A stretch of 64,000 nt of DNA from Myxococcota bacterium (GTDB taxonomy: Bacteria > Myxococcota_A > UBA796 > CAJQPC01): assembly GCA_036229005.1 (NCBI GenBank), contig JAZAMN010000057.1, positions 32,198 through 96,197 on the forward strand, given 5' to 3'. Below, piece after piece: positions 60,054 to 64,000 of this stretch (the stretch's first letter is position 1; each line of letters starts with the position of its first letter). The notes beneath the pieces were generated by a model. The model saw nothing but the letters and a program-made list of their open reading frames with translations. It was not told the DNA's origin and ran no database searches. The position numbers and the translations under genes are program-made.

Positions 60054-60622
60054 GCCACCCCTTTGACCACGGCCCCAGCCTGCTGCTGGACAAGCCGCTG
60101 TGCATCACCGGGTTCATGGGCGCACGGGTGGACGCCACCGCCAAGGCGATCGCCGCCCTCTCCGGGCTGCCGGTGCTGGAGCTGGACCGCCAGATCGAAC
60201 ACGACAGCGGCAAGTCCATCGCCCACCTGGTCCTCCGTGAAGGCCAGGACAAGCGCCGACTCCTGGAGCGCGCCGCGCTGGACAAGGCCCTGAGCGGGCG
60301 CCCGCGCGTGATCGCCCTGGGGGACGGTGCGCTGCTCGATCCGCGCAGCGCCGTGGCGGTCAGCCAGCGCGCCCGGCTGGTCTACCTGGAGTGGAGCATC
60401 ATCGAGCTCAGCGCGGCCGTGCGGGAGCGCCTGGCCGAGAGCCCGGGCCGCTACCCCGAGCTCCCCGGTGCCGACCACATCAGCGCCCTGGGCCTGCAGC
60501 CCCTGCTCCAGGAGCGGCTGCCCGGCTACCTGCGCGCCGACCTCAGCGTGCCCGGCAAGGGGCGGCCGCCCTGGGCGCTGGCGCGGGAGATCCTGGCGTG
60601 GCTGGAGCCCCAGCTCGCCTGA
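60050..60622 (+). CDS. Shikimate kinase-like protein with degenerate P-loop
   Basis: ITGFMGARVD (canonical GxMGxGKS), LDRQIE..GKSI, VIALGDG, ERLPGYLRAD. Confidence 0.75.
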   Translation: MSHPFDHGPSLLLDKPLCITGFMGARVDATAKAIAALSGLPVLELDRQIEHDSGKSIAHLVLREGQDKRRLLERAALDKALSGRPRVIALGDGALLDPRSAVAVSQRARLVYLEWSIIELSAAVRERLAESPGRYPELPGADHISALGLQPLLQERLPGYLRADLSVPGKGRPPWALAREILAWLEPQLA

Positions 60623-60624
60623 AC

Positions 60625-61749
60625 TCACGCCTTCGGCGCGAACAGCCCCACAGGCTCTGAGACACCCTTCACCGCGACCCGAGCGACCTCCCGCCAGCTC
60701 TGGAACGCGAGCTGCGCGATGTCCTGACTGGCCAGCACGGGCTCGCCCAGCGTCGAGCACTGGCTCTCCACCCGCGCCGCCAGGTTCACCGCCGGCCCGA
60801 TGACCGTGAAGTCCAGGCGCCCCGGCGAGCCGATGTTGCCGTAGGACACCTCGCCCAGGTGCAGGCCCACGCCCATCCGGATGCGGGGCTCGCCGCCTCG
60901 GGCGTCCAGGCGCACCTGCAGGTCCTGAGCGGCGGAGAGGGCCCGATGTGCGGCCTCGCCGTCGTCGTCACCGTCCGAGGGGAACACCGCGAGCACGCCG
61001 TCTCCCATGAACTTGAGCACCTCGCCGCCGTGGTCCTCGACCACGCCCACCACGCGCTCGAAGGCGTCATTGAGCAGCCCCAGCAGCGCGTCCCGGGGCA
61101 GGGACTCGGAGAGCTGCGTGAACCCGCGGACATCCGAAAACCAGACCACGGCGCGGAGGGTCTCGCCATCTCCTCGCTTGACCTGTCCGTGAAAGACGCG
61201 TTTGCCCGCATTCCGACCCAGGTAGGTGCGCAGCAGTGTGTAGGTGACCAGATCTGCTGCCCTCGGCTCCAGGACCGTCGTGAGGACCGGCATCACACCC
61301 CGGAACAGGGCCACGTGCTCCTGGGTGAAGGCCTCGCGGGTGCTGAAGGTCAGGCCGCCCGCCCACACGCCGCGGAAGTGCACGGGCAGGGCGAACTGCT
61401 CGCGGTAGCCGCGGCCAAAGAGCGCCTCCAGGTCGGGCATGTCCGGCGCGGAGCCCACCTTGAACCAGGTCTCCGGCGCCCCGTGGCGCAGGCGCAGGAT
61501 GGGGCTGTCCCGCTGGGCCAGGTGGTCGAAGCGGGCGTAGGACATGGACGATTCGCGCACCTCGTCCCCCTCGCAGACCCAGAAGAAGGCGGCCGCCTGG
61601 GGGTGCAGCACCTTGGTGCCGAACCAGAAGCGGTCCACCGGCGCGTGGCGCCGGAGCTGCTGGGCGAATGCACCGACCACCTCGCGGACGGTGGGGAGCA
61701 TGCGGCCGTGGTCGAGCAGCCAGGCGGTCAGGTCCTCGGTGGGTGTCAT
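60625..61749 (-). CDS. Class III adenylate/guanylate cyclase with N-terminal GAF-like domain
   Basis: FSDVRGFT, KFMGDGVLAVF, GNIGSPGRLDFTVIGPAVNLAARVE. TATTCT lies 6 nt upstream of the ATG. Confidence 0.92.
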   Translation of the reverse strand: MTPTEDLTAWLLDHGRMLPTVREVVGAFAQQLRRHAPVDRFWFGTKVLHPQAAAFFWVCEGDEVRESSMSYARFDHLAQRDSPILRLRHGAPETWFKVGSAPDMPDLEALFGRGYREQFALPVHFRGVWAGGLTFSTREAFTQEHVALFRGVMPVLTTVLEPRAADLVTYTLLRTYLGRNAGKRVFHGQVKRGDGETLRAVVWFSDVRGFTQLSESLPRDALLGLLNDAFERVVGVVEDHGGEVLKFMGDGVLAVFPSDGDDDGEAAHRALSAAQDLQVRLDARGGEPRIRMGVGLHLGEVSYGNIGSPGRLDFTVIGPAVNLAARVESQCSTLGEPVLASQDIAQLAFQSWREVARVAVKGVSEPVGLFAPKA

Positions 61750-61766
61750 GGGGGGAGAATAATTAT

Positions 61767-62140
61767 TGTATGGGGGTCTCGCGACCCCCCTGAACCCCGG
61801 CGGAGCCGGGGTCACCCCCCGCGGGCCTTCCGGGGGGACAGAAGCGGAAGCAACCCTCGGCGCGTCGGCGCGGCTGCGCCGCTTCTTGGGCTTTGTCGGG
61901 TTGCTCCCAGCCCCCCTACAGGCCGGGCTGCAGGCGCAGGTTTGCGCGGGGTGTTTTTTGTATGGGGGTCTCGCGACCCCCCTGAACCCCGGCGGAGCCG
62001 GGGTCACCCCCCGCGGGGAGTTCGATCGGACGGGTACGAGGCGTTCGGCCCTGCGCGTCGGCGCGGCTGCGCCGCTTCTTGGGCTTGAGCCGATCGCCTC
62101 GGCCGACCGCCCTCCCGTGCAGGCGAGGGTCTACGCCGCG
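61767..62140. repeat. Two ~192-bp tandem units containing REP-like double hairpins
   Basis: TGTATGGGGGTCTCGCGACCCCCCTGAACCCCGGCGGAGCCGGGGTCACCCCCCGCGGG at 61767 and 61959; second shared block at 61861 and 62054. Confidence 0.85.
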
Positions 62141-62170
62141 CCCCCGCGGAGCCTGCGGCCGGTCATGAGC

Positions 62171-62408
62171 GCGCAACCCCAGCTGAATGCACCCACTCGC
62201 TGCGCAACCCCAGCCGAGTGCACCAACTCGCTGCGCAACCCCAGCCGAATGCACCAACTCGCTGCGCAACCCCAGCCGAGTGCACCACCAGGCACCGATC
62301 TGGGGCCCAGAAGGGGGCTCCCTGGTGCATTCGCCCCGGGTTGGGCCCGTCCACGGTGCATTCGCCCCGGGTTGCGCCCACCCGTGGTGCATTCACCCCG
62401 GGTTGCGC
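62171..62408. repeat. 31-bp-phased inverted array element, family B
   Basis: GCGCAACC-N7-ARTGCACCA at 62171/62202/62233/62264; inverted at 62323/62354/62385; 35-bp centre. Confidence 0.88.
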
Positions 62409-62457
62409 CCCTGCTGTGCACGTCTTACGCCTGTGCAGGCGTTAGACCGAACTCCCA

Positions 62458-62566
62458 GGCTGCAGGCGCAGGTTTGCGCGCTGCAACCTCCCAGTGGACT
62501 GGGTCGAAGCCCTCGGTAGACCGACCTCCTCGGCTGCAGACGCAGGTCTGCGCGCTGCAACCTCCC
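62458..62566. repeat. Dispersed repeat GGCTGCAGRCGCAGGTYTGCGCGCTGCAACCTCCC
   Basis: Two copies 74 bp apart (62458, 62532) plus a partial copy near 61927. Confidence 0.7.
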
Positions 62567-62609
62567 TATGAGCCAGGCCAGTCGCCTCGACAGACCGAAC
62601 TCCACCTGC

Positions 62610-62835
62610 GGCTACGGGCTCCCAATGAGCGCCCCCCCTTGGCTACGGGGCCTGAGTGAGCGATGCGCCGAGGCTACGCCCCACCGGTGAGCGCTCTTTG
62701 CGGCAGAAGGGCGCCCAAACCGGTGGTTCTGGCCCCAAAGAGGCCCCTCAGGACCTCCCAGACGCCAAATCGGTGGCCCGAACGCTCACCGGTGGGCCGT
62801 AGCCAAAAGAAAGCGCTCACTCGGCCCCCGTAGCC
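62610..62835. repeat. 31-bp-phased inverted array element, family C, copy 3
   Basis: GGCTACG-N9-TGAGCG at 62610/62641/62672; inverted at 62783/62814; 89-bp centre. Confidence 0.87.
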
Positions 62836-62843
62836 ACGGCCCC

Positions 62844-63467
62844 TCAGCCCATCATCGCCGAGGTCAGGTGCACCATCACCTGGCGCCGACCAAAGCCCAG
62901 CTCGCCGCACACTGGCAGGAGCTCGGCCACGTAGTCGCCCATAACGTCCGAGAACAGCAGGTCCAGGGGACCGCCAAAGCGCGCGTCCAGGGCCTCGCCA
63001 AGGTGGTCGAGCTGCTGCAACACGGGCTCAGAGCGGCCGGTGAACAGGGCAAAGTTGTCCTCGACGGTGAACCCCAGTGCAGAGATCTGGGCGGCAGCCA
63101 GAGCCGCGGTGGTGGAGGACGCCTGGAGCGCAAACGACGCAGCCGCCTCCCCCTCCGCAGACAAGCGCCCGCCCTGTTGGAGGGCCCGGTACAAGGTCAC
63201 CCCCAGCAGTTCGAGGAGGAGGCCCTGGATCCACAGGGCGTCGTGGGGCCCACCCTGGCCTTCGGCCGCACCCAGCAGCGGGGGCAAGACCTCGGCCAGC
63301 TCGGTGCCGGCGAGGACATCCTGGGACGGAACGAGCGCGGCGATCCGGGCGGCGGCCTCGCGCTTGTCGTCGGTCAGCAGGGCGGGGGCCTGGGCGGCGT
63401 AGCGGGCGGCGGTGTGGGTCTCGACGCGGTGGAGCAGGCTCCACAGGGCGGCCTCGTGCTCAGTCAT
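62844..63467 (-). CDS. Degenerate aldehyde-decarbonylase-like ferritin-fold protein
   Basis: ALWIQGLLLELLGVTLY and DVMGDY..ELGFGRRQVM resemble ADO helices; no ExxH motifs seen. Confidence 0.55.
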   Translation of the reverse strand: MTEHEAALWSLLHRVETHTAARYAAQAPALLTDDKREAAARIAALVPSQDVLAGTELAEVLPPLLGAAEGQGGPHDALWIQGLLLELLGVTLYRALQQGGRLSAEGEAAASFALQASSTTAALAAAQISALGFTVEDNFALFTGRSEPVLQQLDHLGEALDARFGGPLDLLFSDVMGDYVAELLPVCGELGFGRRQVMVHLTSAMMG

Positions 63468-63999
63468 GGGCGGGCTCCTGCTGCTGGCGGTACTTGCGGA
63501 TCAAGGGCATAAACAGGCCGACCACGTTGCGGGTGGCCTCGCGCTCGGAGACGCCGACGCGCTCCAGCAGCTCGGTGTAGCCGTCCATCATCGCGCCCGC
63601 GCAGTCCGCGCCGGAGAGGCCGATCCGGTCGAGCGCGTCGGCGATGTTCATCATCGAGCCGCCCACGCAGTCGATGCCCTGGACGTTGACCCGCTGGGTG
63701 AGGGCCACGAAGGCGTCCTCGCGGTCGAAGAAGCGCAGGCGCAGGCACCGGACGACCCAGTCCACGTGGTAGTGCTCCTCGGCCAGGGCGCGGGAGAAGG
63801 CCTCGCGGGCGCCCGGGTACTGATCCGCGATGGACAGGAAGGGCTGGTAGGTGGCGATGGCCAGGCTCTCGACGATGAAGCCCTAGACCACCAGCAGCGC
63901 GTCGAAGTCCCCGGCGGCGTAGTGGGCGTCGACCTGGTCGACCAGGTAGCCCAGCTCGGCCTCGGCGAACGCGCGGTCCGGGAGCACGCCGTTGTCCTG
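63460..63999 (-). pseudogene. Aldehyde-deformylating oxygenase (ADO)-like gene, 5'-partial, with in-frame TAG
   Basis: GVLPDRAFA..ALLVV*GFIVESLAIATY..EEHYH..MMDGYTELLERVG parallels cyanobacterial ADO. The TAG at 63883-63885 sits at the conserved Gln position. Confidence 0.7.
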
Positions 64000-64000
64000 G

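Noticed and set aside
61766-62659. ORFs in the repeat-rich intergenic region
   Set aside because: They translate the repeats, have no codon bias or RBS, and show no family motifs.

Overview
High-GC bacterial chromosomal window. Gene content and lipoprotein style suggest a Myxococcota-like lineage (inference). Core genes include gyrA, priA, galU, pntAB, a DUF3516-type helicase, an Atu/Liu-type acyl-CoA carboxylase operon with a LiuR-like regulator and operator, a pncB-pncA-nrtR-like NAD salvage operon, redoxin/DsbD-N/OYE, Fur and an adenylate cyclase, interspersed with many orphan lipoproteins. No rRNA, tRNA or CRISPR array was recognised. The most striking unexplained signal is a set of seven intergenic elements from four sequence families that share one architecture: head-to-tail bipartite motifs at an exact 31-bp period, a central spacer, then the same motif array inverted, with spacer lengths near helical-turn increments. 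Other candidates are an apparently catalytically dead RAYT (Y1 transposase) homologue, GTAG-type REP-like hairpins, an inverted-repeat-bounded low-GC gene inside a ~238-bp repeat array, an orphan spike-tip/PAAR/methyltransferase cassette, a non-cyanobacterial aldehyde-decarbonylase-like gene pair (one copy with an in-frame TAG, one lacking iron ligands), and lipoproteins with ultra-short signal peptides. All calls come from manual motif recognition; no database searches were run.
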